This document shows positions 63,335 through 64,000 of a DNA stretch of 64,000 bases, piece after piece. This DNA is from Octopus vulgaris (Eukaryota). Position 1 is the first letter of the stretch, and each line of letters starts with the position of its first letter. The notes under the pieces were generated by a model. The model was not told where the DNA came from. It saw only the letters and a list, made by a program, of their open reading frames with translations, and did no database searches. The DNA lies in contig OX597816.1 of NCBI GenBank assembly GCA_951406725.2, forward strand, positions 158,844,001-158,908,000, given 5' to 3'. The position numbers and the translations under genes were made by a program.

Positions 63335-64000
63335 TAGAAGATCAAAAAAGAAAGCTAAGTACTCTACGAAAATATGTGCATGAAGAGATGTTTGTCAAAT
63401 GCAGTTCGATGAAAAGGAGTGCAGAACTACAACAGGTAGGGCAGTAAGTTGTTCCCCTTGGACCATATGCTTAGGAGGTGGGTAATTAGTATCTGATTTA
63501 TTTCCCCAAAGAAATATGGTATCTTTAACGTCTGTAATTATGTCACTTCACATCATATAAACAAAGGATTCAAAATATTTTTGTTTCTATAAGACACAAA
63601 TCATCAAGGGAAGCAATTCAATGTATCAGCATTTTTCAAAACAAATTTCAAGGGAGGTAACTTTTCATAAGTTATCTTCCCCTAAACAGAACTTTTTTTT
63701 TTTTTAGATATTTTCATTTTCTAAGACAGTTGTAATTTGGAGGAGATTTAACTGCTATTTCTGACAGGCCGAGCGACAAGTAGAACATTTCTTGATTGAA
63801 CTGAGCCTGCGAAAGCCACGGAACAGACTTTCCACAGACCAAAGTCTACGGAACACTGCTTGAAGTTGGCAAAGCAACTGAAAGAATTCATACTTTTTCT
63901 TGACGTCGATAATAAACCAGGCTGATCACAATTTAGTTTTTACTTCTTGGTCCAAGTCCCATAAAGCCAGGGCCAGATTAACGACAATAGAAGGCCCTAA

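Overview
AT-rich, repeat-saturated eukaryotic DNA. The SINE, RTE and microsatellite content points to an octopod cephalopod (inference from repeat style, not a database hit). No host protein-coding gene can be called with confidence; almost all long ORFs in the track are microsatellite or transposon artefacts. The window holds a DD36E-type Tc1/mariner element split by a 5'-truncated RTE LINE whose RT carries an in-frame C4HC3 (PHD-like) finger, a CR1/Jockey-group LINE, R4/Dong-like remnants next to (AAT)n, Helitron fragments and non-autonomous copies, several tRNA-derived SINE families, MITEs and fold-back palindromes. The most interesting signal is a set of Penelope-like (PLE) remnants beside (TA)n tracts carrying minimal type-I hammerhead ribozyme motifs (10-47, 504-566, 32791-32835, plus weaker ones), one downstream of a GIY-YIG endonuclease frame. 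A SINE/LINE pair shares a 3' tail with a compensatory hairpin. All coordinates were read by eye; boundaries of decayed repeats are approximate.
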